Below the pieces are notes generated by a model, which worked only from the letters and a program-made list of their open reading frames with translations, was not told where the DNA came from and made no database searches. From positions 4,007-68,006 of the forward strand of contig NZ_DYXC01000098.1 of NCBI RefSeq assembly GCF_020742345.1: a stretch of DNA of 64,000 bases. The letters run 5' to 3'. The stretch is from Enteractinococcus helveticum. Its GTDB lineage: Bacteria; Actinomycetota; Actinomycetes; Actinomycetales; Micrococcaceae. The position numbers and the translations under genes were made by a program. This document shows positions 22,417 through 35,387 of the stretch, piece after piece; positions within the stretch are counted from its first letter, which is position 1, and the number at the start of each line of letters is the position of its first letter.

Positions 22417-22443
22417 TTAGCACTCTATTTGACCAAGTGCTAA
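22417..22443. promoter_or_regulatory. CIRCE element 1 (HrcA operator)
   Basis: TTAGCACTC-N9-AAGTGCTAA. Confidence 0.92.
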
Positions 22444-22463
22444 ACGGCGAATACAGTTGGAAA

Positions 22464-22490
22464 TTGGCACCCGCGGCATGCGAGTGCTAA
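22464..22490. promoter_or_regulatory. CIRCE element 2 (HrcA operator)
   Basis: TTGGCACCC-N9-GAGTGCTAA. Confidence 0.88.
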
Positions 22491-22583
22491 GCCTTTAGGT
22501 TCCAGCCATCCGGCACCCGCGACGACGGTTGGCTTGCCCGGCACATTGAACAATATTTACCTTTTACTTAGTAGGAGAGATTC

Positions 22584-22880
22584 ATGGCTGTCTCCATCAA
22601 GCCTCTAGAGGACCGTATCGTAGTTGAACCACTGGCCGCCGAGCAGACCACTGCTTCGGGCCTTGTTATTCCTGACACCGCTCAGGAAAAACCACAGGAA
22701 GGCAAAGTTGTCGCAGTAGGCCCGGGCCGCGTTGCTGACAACGGCGAACGTATCACCGTTGACGTTGCTGAAGGCGACGTCGTGCTGTTCTCCAAATACG
22801 GTGGCACCGAAGTCAAATACGGTGGCCAGGAATTCTTAGTCCTGTCCGCTCGTGACGTGCTGGCCGTCATCGAAAAATAA
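22584..22880 (+). CDS. groES: Co-chaperonin GroES
   Basis: [38 protein letters not shown]. Confidence 0.98.
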   Translation: MAVSIKPLEDRIVVEPLAAEQTTASGLVIPDTAQEKPQEGKVVAVGPGRVADNGERITVDVAEGDVVLFSKYGGTEVKYGGQEFLVLSARDVLAVIEK

Positions 22881-22897
22881 GTCTGACACTTCGCTAA

Positions 22898-24523
<1,626 letters not shown>

Positions 24524-24548
24524 GTCCTCCTACGTCTTAGCGATCAGT

Positions 24549-24586
24549 CAAAACCTCCGCTCGATTTTCGGGCGGAGGTTTTGTTG
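24549..24586 (+). terminator. Intrinsic terminator of groESL
   Basis: CAAAACCTCCGCTCGA-TT-TTCGGGCGGAGGTTTTG hairpin. Confidence 0.85.
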
Positions 24587-24652
24587 TCAAACCAGACTGT
24601 TTGACCATGTAGGATCGAGCATGCCAAAGATCTGTGCGAACTTCAAAGGAGA

Positions 24653-26077
24653 TTGTTGACGTTGTCTATTCGCAGCTGGAAAACCGTACTCGCGAGTGTC
24701 TTCGCGGCAAGTCTGACCGTAACTGGTTGCTCGAATGCGGATGACTCGACCACATCCTCTGATGAAACACAATCCACACCTCAAGAAGCCGCAACTGAGG
24801 TGGTTGACATTGCCACGGAGACTCCGGCTGGCGAAGAATCCCAACGTATCGTTGATCTGTTGAATGCCGAAGAAGATACCACCGCCGAAGACTGGGAAGC
24901 AACATTGCACCCAAGCTTCACCGAAGAAGTCTCTGTTGCAGAGCTGGTGGAGCTTTTCAACCAGAATCTTCGCCCAGCTCAACCATTCACTGTGACCAAC
25001 TACGACGGCGGTGACCGCCAGGCTGTGACCACCCTGACCAGTCCAATATCCGATCCAATCGAAATGACAGTCTCCGTGGATACGGATTCGCTCATTACGG
25101 GCCTCTTCTTTGGCCCAAGTACTGACGGTTGAAGAGCTCCGGCGTCGCTGGAGGACTGGAGCGAACTTCTCGATGATTTTCCTGCCACAGTCCATGCGTT
25201 AATCACGCCAGCGGATGCCATAGATTCTCCAGAGGCCGCCGTGCTGGCACACGGTGCTGATGAACCCGCCCCGCTAGGTTCCATCTTTAAGCTCTATGTC
25301 CTGCTGGCTGTAGCCGACGCCGTCGAAGGCGGCGATCTTGACTGGGGGACGGTACTGACGGTGTCGCCCCAGAATCGCAGCTTGCCATCCGGTGAACTCC
25401 AAGACGCCCCCGATGGTACACAGGTGACAGTGATAGAAGCCGCTACGAAGATGATCGAGATCAGCGACAACACCGCGACCGATGTGCTCATCCAGGCGGT
25501 CGGGAGACAAGCCGTTGAGGATGCCGTTGTTCAAGCTGGTCACCACGACCCTGCGTTGATGTGGCCCTTTGTCTCGACTCGAGAACTCTTTCAAATCGGT
25601 TGGGGCGATCCCGCATATTTAGAAATCTGGCAAAACGGAAACCAGGACGAACAGTACGCGTTATTGGAGCAGCTGGAACATCAGTCGATCAGTCCCCATG
25701 ATATTGCTGTCGGTGGTGACCCACTGTGGCCACAGGGTGTGGATTGGTACGCTTCGGCGCGAGATATCGCCTCGGTGCACGTGGCATTACAACAACACGA
25801 CGACGCCACAGTGCGTGAGATTCTAAGCCAGAACCCCGGTGTAAACCAGGATGCATGGGATTATGTGGGATATAAAGGCGGATCATCCTTAGGGGTGCTT
25901 ACCGGCAGTTGGTATCTGGAAGATGCCGACGGTGAGGGATATGTGGTGGTCATCCAGGCCAACACCGATGAGCCTGCCGGAATCAGTACGAAATCCCACG
26001 CGCAGTTCTTTCAGCTCGCATCTTCGGCTATTGAATTGACGTATGACCCCAGGCCAGCTGGAATTAGCCAGGACTGA
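24653..26077 (+). pseudogene. LpqF-like lipoprotein serine hydrolase (penicillin-binding/class A beta-lactamase fold) interrupted by one in-frame TGA at 25130-25132; may be two functional genes
   Basis: ORFs 24653-25132 (lipobox VTGC) and 25241-26077 (SIFK, SDN, KGG) share a frame; the 36 intervening codons contain no further stop. Confidence 0.7.
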
Positions 26078-26250
26078 GCCTTGAGTTCCATATCCTATTC
26101 GCATACCCAGAGTTCTTCCCGGAGATCGTGTTGGGGTGGTGCGCCACCGTTAAGTGATGACGCACCACGTGCCTGGTGTCCAGGATGTTTTCGCAGCGTG
26201 ACCACGAGAGGTTCACTTCCCAGCGCTAGGTCGGCGAGGGCAGGTTGAGA

Positions 26251-27570
26251 TCAGGCCGCGGTGGCCCAGGCGATGTCGATTGCGCCGAGTGGTGGTGGGT
26301 CGCTGTTCCAGTGTTTGATCTCGGCTAATGGTGGCCGGGTCTCCACGGTGTAGGAGTGTCCGGTTGGGGTGGTGACGGTGAGTTCATCTGGGGTGCCGGT
26401 GTAGGTCCATCCGCGGTTTTCTTTGCGCTGGTTACAGCGTCGACAGAGCCCGGTGGCATTGGTCCAACCGGTAGCCCCTCCGTCAGCCCAACGGATGCGA
26501 TGATCAGATTCTTGGCACGGGCCGTTACACCATGGGGTGGCACAGGTGTCCTCACGAATTTTCAGCATCTTGGCCAGCCCGTCGGGGAAGCGGCGGGCTC
26601 GGGAGTCCATGGCCACCAGCTGCCCATCGGTGGGCCGGGTGTAGAGCCGGCGGAAAAACTTTGCCGCGTGGGGATCAGCTAGCCAGTCTTTAACCGTGCC
26701 GGCTGGCAGGGGGCCTTCGCCCAGTAACCAGGCGGGCAGATCATCAACGCCGAAGAATGTGGTGTCGTGCATGACCACAACAACTTCGGCTCTGACCCCA
26801 TCGGCGGTGGTTTGACCGGTGAGCAGCTCGACGAAGAGATCGGCCATGACCTGATCCCGGGTCAAGGGTTCCCCGTGCTCATCGAGGGCCGCACCCGCGG
26901 AGATGCGTTTGTCCGTGAGTTGTTTGATCGTGTCCATCACCGCTAGGCCTTGGTGGGTGGGCAGTTCGGCGGTGACATACACCAACCCATCGCCGGCCGG
27001 ATCCAGACAGACGCGCCGCTTGCGTTTATTCTCTGCTGCCCGGGCCTCAGCGGCCGCCCGGTCTAACCGGTAGGCGTGGCCTTGGATAAGTCGACGCAAC
27101 TGGGAAGTGGAGGCCTTACCCAACCGGTGGGCAATGGCCGCATCAATCTCGCGACGATGGGCTTCGGCAAGATGGCTGGTTTGTTCGGCGACCACCCGGG
27201 CGTGGTATTCACTGACCCGGCCCGCGTTCAACGCCGCGAAGGTCTGCGGTAACACGGTGGTCAATGCCGTGGCCGTATAGGTCAGGGCTGCCCCCACATA
27301 CGGGGATTCCCCGCGAGCCAACCCCACTTCTGCTTCAATGCCTTTGAGGCGATCGGAGGTCGGGACCCGCAAGGCGGCCTCATCAGCTTCGCGGTAGTCC
27401 ACAAACCTGGACGTGGTCTGTGCTTTATCGCCGGCCAGCATCCTGGTGGCTTGCTCCACCAACTGGAGCCGATCAATACAAGACTCCTGGGAATCAGGAT
27501 CCGGCAACGAACTCAGCAGCGCCATCGCCCGCTGCACCGCGTTTCCTGCTGCCACATCCTGTGTATCCAT
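26251..27570 (-). CDS. DUF222 / HNH endonuclease (13E12-repeat-like family)
   Basis: C-terminal CATPWC...DHRIRWADGGATGWTNATGLCRRCNQRK; N-terminal LPQTFAALNAGRVSEYHARVV and TTPTGHSY typical of DUF222. Confidence 0.88.
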   Translation of the reverse strand: MDTQDVAAGNAVQRAMALLSSLPDPDSQESCIDRLQLVEQATRMLAGDKAQTTSRFVDYREADEAALRVPTSDRLKGIEAEVGLARGESPYVGAALTYTATALTTVLPQTFAALNAGRVSEYHARVVAEQTSHLAEAHRREIDAAIAHRLGKASTSQLRRLIQGHAYRLDRAAAEARAAENKRKRRVCLDPAGDGLVYVTAELPTHQGLAVMDTIKQLTDKRISAGAALDEHGEPLTRDQVMADLFVELLTGQTTADGVRAEVVVVMHDTTFFGVDDLPAWLLGEGPLPAGTVKDWLADPHAAKFFRRLYTRPTDGQLVAMDSRARRFPDGLAKMLKIREDTCATPWCNGPCQESDHRIRWADGGATGWTNATGLCRRCNQRKENRGWTYTGTPDELTVTTPTGHSYTVETRPPLAEIKHWNSDPPPLGAIDIAWATAA

Positions 27571-27576
27571 ATCCCC

Positions 27577-27598
27577 ATCCTAGTCAGAGGGTAGGACA
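27577..27598 (-). promoter_or_regulatory. Candidate RecA-NDp/PafBC-type DNA-damage promoter (leaderless)
   Basis: TGTC-N12-TAGGAT-N6-ATG. Confidence 0.6.
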
Positions 27599-27873
27599 TG
27601 GTAAGCCCCAATCACCCACAATGTGGACAACCGCCCCTCACCACCACAGCTGTGGAAACCGCTACTATTGGCTATCCCGAAATTGTTGTTATAGAACAGG
27701 ATCTTGTGGCGCTAAGAGTGAATTCAGACATGTGGGAGATGGCCGTCGATAGGTTAAATACTTGCTTATACGTCGGGATGACGTCTGCTAAGGATGTAAG
27801 AGTCAATGACCTCGTTGTTTGCCGATATTGTTTCGGAGGTGATCAATGCCTCTTGATCCTAAGGCTCCTAAAG

Positions 27874-27917
27874 TTCTCAAACACTATGCTTCGGGCTATA
27901 CTGTGACCCGAAGCATA
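27874..27917 (+). promoter_or_regulatory. Candidate gcv promoter with 11-bp inverted repeat around the -10
   Basis: TTCTCA-N17-TATACT; TATGCTTCGGG-N11-CCCGAAGCATA at 27885-27917. Confidence 0.5.
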
Positions 27918-27940
27918 AAAGAATACATAGGCCGTAGACA

Positions 27941-28116
27941 GTAAGCGGGAGAGCCCACGTCAAGTGGGCACCGACGGTGCAACATCCTCCCCAGGAATCT
28001 CTCAGGTATCCCAACCGCTTGCTTCAGGCAGATCTGGAAAGTAGTCGAAATATCGACTCACCGACGGGGCAACCAGGAGACTGGCAAACTCTCAGGTCAG
28101 TAACAGATGGGGAGGG
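27941..28116 (+). ncRNA. Tandem glycine riboswitch
   Basis: Aptamer 1 GCGGGAGAG..CACCGACGGTGCAA..CTCTCAGG..ACCGC; aptamer 2 ATCTGGAAAG..CACCGACGGGGCAA..CTCTCAGG..ACAGAT; directly upstream of gcvP. Confidence 0.95.
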
Positions 28117-28157
28117 GTACAGCGGATTCATCTATCCACACACACCCAAGGAGACCC

Positions 28158-30992
28158 ATGACCGTTTACGATCTTTCCAAATTCGGCCATCGACATCTCG
28201 GCCCCCGTCAATCCGGTGTCGAGGAGATGCTGGAAGCTCTAGGCTATGACAGCCTGGATGCATTGACCACTGCGGCAATGCCGGCAAATATTGTTCAAGA
28301 AGAGCCGTTGGACCTGCCCGAGCCATTGACTGAAACTCAAACCCAGGCTCGCCTGCGTGAACTCGCTTCAAAGAACACACTGAAACGATCCATGATCGGT
28401 CAGGGGTTCTATGACACGATCACTCCGGCAGTTATCCGTCGCAATGTCACCGAAAATCCCGGGTGGTACACCGCTTACACGCCCTACCAGCCAGAGATTT
28501 CTCAGGGACGACTCGAAGCCCTACTGAACTTCCAGACGATGGTTTCGGATCTGACCGGCATGGAAATCGCCAACGCGTCGTTGCTGGATGAATCATCTGC
28601 AGCAGCCGAAGCCGTCCTGATGATGCGCCGCGCCAACCGCAAACATGCCAACGATCCCGTTGTGATCGATAAGAATATTTTCCCGCAGACCCTGGCCGTC
28701 GTCCTGGGCCACACTCGTCCACTGGGGATTGAAACTATCCTGGTGGATCTGGCAACCGAAGGACTACCCGAAGGTGACATCTGTGGTGTCATTGTCCAGC
28801 AACCCGGTAACGATGGTGCCATTGCCAACCACCAGAGGGTCTTTGACGAAGCCAAAGAACGCGGCGCGATGATCAGCGTGATCGCCGATCTGTTGTCGCT
28901 GACCATGATCACCCCACCCGGTGAACAAGGTGCCGATATCGCCGTAGGAACGACGCAGCGATTCGGGGTTCCGTTATTCTACGGTGGACCCCACGCCGCC
29001 TACATGGCAACCCATGAACGCCTGGTCCGTCAGATGCCAGGTCGTCTGGTTGGTGTTTCAAAAGACGCCAACGGCATGCCAGCCTACCGACTGGCCCTGC
29101 AAACTCGTGAACAACACATCCGCCGTGAAAAGGCGACCTCAAATATCTGTACCGCCCAGGCGTTGCTGGCAGTCATGGCCGGTATGTATGGGGTCTACCA
29201 CGGCCCAGAAGGTGTCACCGAGATCGCCAACCGTACGCACACGATGGCCGCCCGACTGGCCGCATCACTGCGCGACGCCGGCTACGAACTAGCAGCCGAA
29301 CACTTCTTCGACACGGTTGTCGTGACCGTCAAAGACGTTGAGGGGACCATGGCCAAAGCGGTGGGTGCCGGATACAACCTGCGTCGCTTCTCTAACAACC
29401 AGGTTGGTATCTCAACCGATGAGACCACAACCGAAGCAGACATTAAGGCGGTGGCTGAGGTCTTTGGCGCCACCCTGGTCGAAACAGCTGATTCAGCCAT
29501 CCAAGCCGAGCTGGTGCGTGAATCTGAGTTCATGACCCATGAAATTTTCAACACCATCCGATCCGAAACCGCCATGATGCGTTACTGTCGTCGTCTGGCA
29601 GATCGCGATTTGGCGCTGGATCGCACGATGATTCCACTTGGGTCCTGCACTATGAAACTCAACGCGGCCGCCGAGATGGAAGCTATTACCTGGCCGGAAC
29701 TGGCCGGTATTCACCCGTATGCGCCAAATGATCAGGCCACCGGTTGGATTGAACTGATCAAGGATCTGGAATCCAAATTGGAAGCCATTACCGGTTATGC
29801 GGCCGTATCACTGCAGCCCAATGCCGGCTCGGTTGGTGAATATGCTGGCCTGCTGGCCATCCGCCACTACCTGTTGGACAAGGGCGAAGACGACCGCGAT
29901 ATCTGCATCATCCCGGCCTCGGCCCACGGCACTAACGCCGCATCGGCTGTACTTGCCGGACTACAAGTCATCGTGGTCAAAACAGCCGAGGACGGTTCGA
30001 TTGACTCGACCCATCTTGATGAGGTCCTCGACAAGCACGGTGACCGCATCGCCGCGATTATGGTCACCTATCCCTCTACTGCGGGCATCTACGACACCGA
30101 CGTCGTCGAGATTTGCGAAAAAGTCCACAACGTTGGCGGACAAGTCTACATCGACGGGGCAAACCTCAACGCGCTGGTTGGGTTGGCACAACCGGGTAAA
30201 TTCGGAGGCGACGTTTCGCACCTGAACCTGCACAAGACCTTCGCGATCCCACACGGTGGTGGCGGTCCAGGCGTTGGCCCGGTCTGTGTTGCCGAACATC
30301 TGGCACCATATTTGCCAGCTGACCCCAATCACGAACTGTCACAGAGCGCGACCCCGGTTGCCTCAACCCGATACGGTTCGGCAGGCGTACTGCCGATCAC
30401 CTGGGCTTACATCACCATGATGGGTGCTGACGCGCTGAAAGAGGCCACCCAGGTTGCCGTGGCTTCAGCAAACTACCTGGCCCATCGACTGAAAGATCAC
30501 TACCCGGTGCTCTACACCGGCTTGAATGATCTGGTGGCCCACGAGTGCATTCTGGATCTGCGTGAGATCACCAAAAATACCGGGGTTACCGCAGAAGATG
30601 TGGCCAAACGTCTGATGGACTTTGGATTCCATGCGCCAACTATGGCCTTCCCGGTACCCGGGACTCTGATGGTGGAGCCGACCGAATCTGAAGACATGGA
30701 CGAACTAGAACGGTTTATTACCGCGATGGTGACCATCCGTGAAGAAATTGCGGAAATTGAACACGGCAAGATCGCCGTCGAAGACTCCGCACTGCGCTAC
30801 GCACCACACCCGGTGGCTGATGTGGTCAGCTCCGACTGGGACCGTGCTTACTCGGTAGAACAAGCTGCCTTCCCGGTACCTGAATTGCAAGTGGATAAAT
30901 ATTTCACCCCGGTTTCACGTATCGACCAGGCCGGTGGCGACCGCAACCTGGTGTGCTCGTGCCCGCCACCAGAAGCTTTTGAATTGCAGTAG
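28158..30992 (+). CDS. gcvP: Glycine dehydrogenase (decarboxylating), P protein
   Basis: YTPYQPEISQGRLEAL, REKATSNICTAQ, SHLNLHKTF, HGGGGPG; AAGGAG RBS before ATG 28158. Confidence 0.98.
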   Translation: MTVYDLSKFGHRHLGPRQSGVEEMLEALGYDSLDALTTAAMPANIVQEEPLDLPEPLTETQTQARLRELASKNTLKRSMIGQGFYDTITPAVIRRNVTENPGWYTAYTPYQPEISQGRLEALLNFQTMVSDLTGMEIANASLLDESSAAAEAVLMMRRANRKHANDPVVIDKNIFPQTLAVVLGHTRPLGIETILVDLATEGLPEGDICGVIVQQPGNDGAIANHQRVFDEAKERGAMISVIADLLSLTMITPPGEQGADIAVGTTQRFGVPLFYGGPHAAYMATHERLVRQMPGRLVGVSKDANGMPAYRLALQTREQHIRREKATSNICTAQALLAVMAGMYGVYHGPEGVTEIANRTHTMAARLAASLRDAGYELAAEHFFDTVVVTVKDVEGTMAKAVGAGYNLRRFSNNQVGISTDETTTEADIKAVAEVFGATLVETADSAIQAELVRESEFMTHEIFNTIRSETAMMRYCRRLADRDLALDRTMIPLGSCTMKLNAAAEMEAITWPELAGIHPYAPNDQATGWIELIKDLESKLEAITGYAAVSLQPNAGSVGEYAGLLAIRHYLLDKGEDDRDICIIPASAHGTNAASAVLAGLQVIVVKTAEDGSIDSTHLDEVLDKHGDRIAAIMVTYPSTAGIYDTDVVEICEKVHNVGGQVYIDGANLNALVGLAQPGKFGGDVSHLNLHKTFAIPHGGGGPGVGPVCVAEHLAPYLPADPNHELSQSATPVASTRYGSAGVLPITWAYITMMGADALKEATQVAVASANYLAHRLKDHYPVLYTGLNDLVAHECILDLREITKNTGVTAEDVAKRLMDFGFHAPTMAFPVPGTLMVEPTESEDMDELERFITAMVTIREEIAEIEHGKIAVEDSALRYAPHPVADVVSSDWDRAYSVEQAAFPVPELQVDKYFTPVSRIDQAGGDRNLVCSCPPPEAFELQ

Positions 30993-31004
30993 GAGTCTGA
31001 CCAG

Positions 31005-32105
31005 ATGACGTTGAAAACCACGCCATTATTTGAAGCACATGAGGCACTGGGTGCCAGCTTTACCGATTTCAATGGCTGGAATATGCCGCTGAAATATTCT
31101 TCCGAGATGACCGAGCACAAAGCGGTTCGCGAGGCCGTAGGTATCTTTGATCTCTCCCACATGGGCGAAGTGTTTATTTCCGGTACCGACGCCGTCAAAG
31201 GCCTCAACACGGCTCTGGCTGGAGACTTCTCCAAGATGAGCATTGGCCGTGCCAAATACACGGTCATGCTCACTGAAGAAGGCACCATTCTGGATGACTT
31301 GATTGTCTACCGGCTGGGCGAAGACCGCTATCTGATGGTTCCAAACGCGGGCAATGCACAAGCTGTCTCCGATGCGGTGGTGGCTCGTACCGAGGGTATG
31401 GAGGTGACAATTGTCGATGCCACCGCAGATCTTTCCCTGGTTGGTATTCAGGGCCCCAAAGCAGCTGATGTGGTAGCCGCTCTGGGGGAAGATTTCGCGG
31501 CGGCAGCCACCTCGTTGACAAACTATCGGGTTACCGAAATCCTGGTCAATGGCAATGACTGGATCCTCGCTCGCACCGGCTACACCGGGGAAGATGGTTT
31601 TGAAATCATCACCCCTAATGCCGACATCGCCCAACTCTGGGAGCGGATCTTTAGCCTGGACATTGGTGTGGAGATCACCCCGTGCGGGCTGGCCAGCCGT
31701 GACTCGCTGCGGTTGGAAGCCGGTATGCCACTCTACGGTAATGAGCTGTCGACCGAACGCACGCCGTTTGATGCCGGCATGGGTCGCATCGTGTCATTTG
31801 AGAAACCGGAACACTTCGTTGGTCGCACCGCCCTGGAACCGCTGCGGGAACAGACCCCACGGCAGGTTCTCATCGGTCTGACCAGTGATCAACGCCGTGC
31901 AGCTCGTAGCGGCTCCGAAATCCTGGTAGATGGCAAGACCGTGGGTGTTATCACCTCCGGTATTCCATCGCCCACCCTGTCCAAACCGGTAGCGCTGGGT
32001 TATATTGATGCAGCCCACGCGGACCTCGACACGCAAGTCGATGTTGATGTCCGTGGCAAAGCGCTTCCGTTTGTCATCACCAAAACGCCCTTTTACTCTC
32101 GCTAA
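31005..32105 (+). CDS. gcvT: Glycine cleavage aminomethyltransferase, T protein
   Basis: FDLSHMG, ARTGYTGEDGFE, RDSLRLEAG. Confidence 0.97.
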   Translation: MTLKTTPLFEAHEALGASFTDFNGWNMPLKYSSEMTEHKAVREAVGIFDLSHMGEVFISGTDAVKGLNTALAGDFSKMSIGRAKYTVMLTEEGTILDDLIVYRLGEDRYLMVPNAGNAQAVSDAVVARTEGMEVTIVDATADLSLVGIQGPKAADVVAALGEDFAAAATSLTNYRVTEILVNGNDWILARTGYTGEDGFEIITPNADIAQLWERIFSLDIGVEITPCGLASRDSLRLEAGMPLYGNELSTERTPFDAGMGRIVSFEKPEHFVGRTALEPLREQTPRQVLIGLTSDQRRAARSGSEILVDGKTVGVITSGIPSPTLSKPVALGYIDAAHADLDTQVDVDVRGKALPFVITKTPFYSR

Positions 32106-32126
32106 CACCAAACAGAAGGACACCTC

Positions 32127-32507
32127 ATGACCGTTGTAAAATCTGATCTGCGCTACTCAGCCGAACACGAATGGCTCAATGACGAAGACCCGGTTCGTAT
32201 TGGCATTACCGCATATGCCGCCGACCAACTCGGCGACGTCGTCTTTGCCGAACTTCCCGAAGCCGGCGACACTGTTACCGCCGGTGAAGTCTGCGGCGAA
32301 CTGGAATCGACCAAATCAGTCTCAGAACTGTACTCACCGGTTACCGGAACTGTCGTTGAAGTCAACGAAGATGTCATCCAGAACCCGGAACGTATTAACG
32401 AAGAGCCATACGGGGCAGGCTGGTTGTTTACCGTCGATGTCACCGAAGAAGGCGAGCTCCTCACCCCGGAGCAATACGCTGAACAAACCGGAGCCTCTGT
32501 AGAATAA
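32127..32507 (+). CDS. gcvH: Glycine cleavage H protein
   Basis: [25 protein letters not shown] (lipoyl-Lys), PYGAGW. Confidence 0.97.
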   Translation: MTVVKSDLRYSAEHEWLNDEDPVRIGITAYAADQLGDVVFAELPEAGDTVTAGEVCGELESTKSVSELYSPVTGTVVEVNEDVIQNPERINEEPYGAGWLFTVDVTEEGELLTPEQYAEQTGASVE

Positions 32508-32631
32508 TCTGCACTGAAATGGCCCGGGAGTGTTCACGGTCTGCGATGAAATGCCGCCCACGGCGACGTTCGGAATAATCGCACCGGTAGAGCCCTTATT
32601 ATAGAAAGCAACGGCTTTCTTGAAAGGGTAG

Positions 32632-34179
<1,548 letters not shown>

Positions 34180-34243
34180 CTAAGCTGACAGTGGACCGTT
34201 CCCACACCCTGACCATCCGATCCCGGATAGAAATTGGATAACC

Positions 34244-35380
34244 GTGACGTACCAAGTTGAAATTGGCCGAGGCAAGCGCGGCAGACACGCCAGACCCCTG
34301 GACGCCGTGTCGATCGTGCCAACCCGGAGAACCCGAGACCCCGAAGACGTCTCGCTCGACTGGCAAATCGATGCCTTCAAATTCTCCATGCCCGTCATCG
34401 GCGCACCCATGGACTCGGTCATGTCACCGGCCACCGCCATCCAACTCGGCAAGCTCGGCGGCATGGGCGTCCTGAACCTGGAGGGCCTGTGGACCCGCTA
34501 TGCAGACCCCCAGCCAGTGCTAGATGAAATCGCGACGCTTGAAGCACAGTCGTTTTCACCAGAAAATACCGCACGCCTCCAGCAGCTATACGCAGCACCC
34601 ATCCAACCGGAACTCATTTCGGCACGCTTAGAAGAAATCCGTGAGGCCGGCGTCGTCGTCGCCGGAGCACTGACACCCCAACGGACCCAAGAGTTCTACA
34701 AGACGGTTGTTGACGCCGGTGTAGACATGTTCGTCATCCGTGGCACAACGGTTTCGGCACAACACGTCTCCGAAACCAAAGAACCACTGGATTTGAAAAA
34801 GTTTATCTACGAACTCGATGTTCCAGTGATCGTCGGGGGAGTGGCCGGTTACACCCCGGCACTACACCTGATGCGTACCGGTGCAGCCGGTGTGCTCGTA
34901 GGTTTTGGTGGGGGAGCATCCTCGACCACACGCCGGGCCCTGGGTATTCGCGTGCCCATGGCCACTGCCATCTCTGACATCGCCGAAGCACGCCGCGACT
35001 ACATGGACGAATCCGGTGGTCGTTACGTCCACGTCATTGCCGACGGCGGACTGGGTAACTCGGGCGATATTGTCAAAGCCATCGGCATGGGTGCCGACGC
35101 CGTCATGCTGGGCACGACCCTAGCGCGCGCTGAAGAAGCACCCGGTAGGGGCTGGCACTGGGGGCTGGAAGCAGCCCACCCGGAATTCCCGCGCGGCAAT
35201 CGCACGCATGTGGGTACCGTGGCCCCCATGGAACAACTGCTCATCGGCCCATCCCGTCACACCAACGGCACCGCGAACCTCATGGGCGCTCTGCGTCGTG
35301 CGATGGCATCGACCGGCTACACAGAGCTCAAAGACTTCCAGAAGGTTGAAGTCCACATCTCTGAAACCTACGCGGGATGA
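34244..35380 (+). CDS. GuaB3-family IMP dehydrogenase-related protein
   Basis: VEIGRGKRGR, IVPTRRTRDP, LHLMRTGAAGVLVG, GGRYVHVIADGG. Confidence 0.92.
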   Translation: MTYQVEIGRGKRGRHARPLDAVSIVPTRRTRDPEDVSLDWQIDAFKFSMPVIGAPMDSVMSPATAIQLGKLGGMGVLNLEGLWTRYADPQPVLDEIATLEAQSFSPENTARLQQLYAAPIQPELISARLEEIREAGVVVAGALTPQRTQEFYKTVVDAGVDMFVIRGTTVSAQHVSETKEPLDLKKFIYELDVPVIVGGVAGYTPALHLMRTGAAGVLVGFGGGASSTTRRALGIRVPMATAISDIAEARRDYMDESGGRYVHVIADGGLGNSGDIVKAIGMGADAVMLGTTLARAEEAPGRGWHWGLEAAHPEFPRGNRTHVGTVAPMEQLLIGPSRHTNGTANLMGALRRAMASTGYTELKDFQKVEVHISETYAG

Positions 35381-35387
35381 TGCCCAC

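Noticed and set aside
25130..25200. Selenocysteine recoding of the in-frame TGA
   Set aside because: The stop is in an interdomain linker of a serine enzyme, not at a Cys position, and no convincing SECIS hairpin was seen.
25241..26077. Acquired beta-lactamase
   Set aside because: KGG motif and LpqF-like architecture point to a low-molecular-weight PBP/serine hydrolase; no mobile context.
27598..27906. 102-aa ORF between DUF222 and the riboswitch
   Set aside because: It overlaps two promoter regions and has no RBS or motifs.
34244..35380. Second IMPDH lacking the catalytic GSIC motif
   Set aside because: This is normal for the GuaB3 family next to guaB in actinobacteria.
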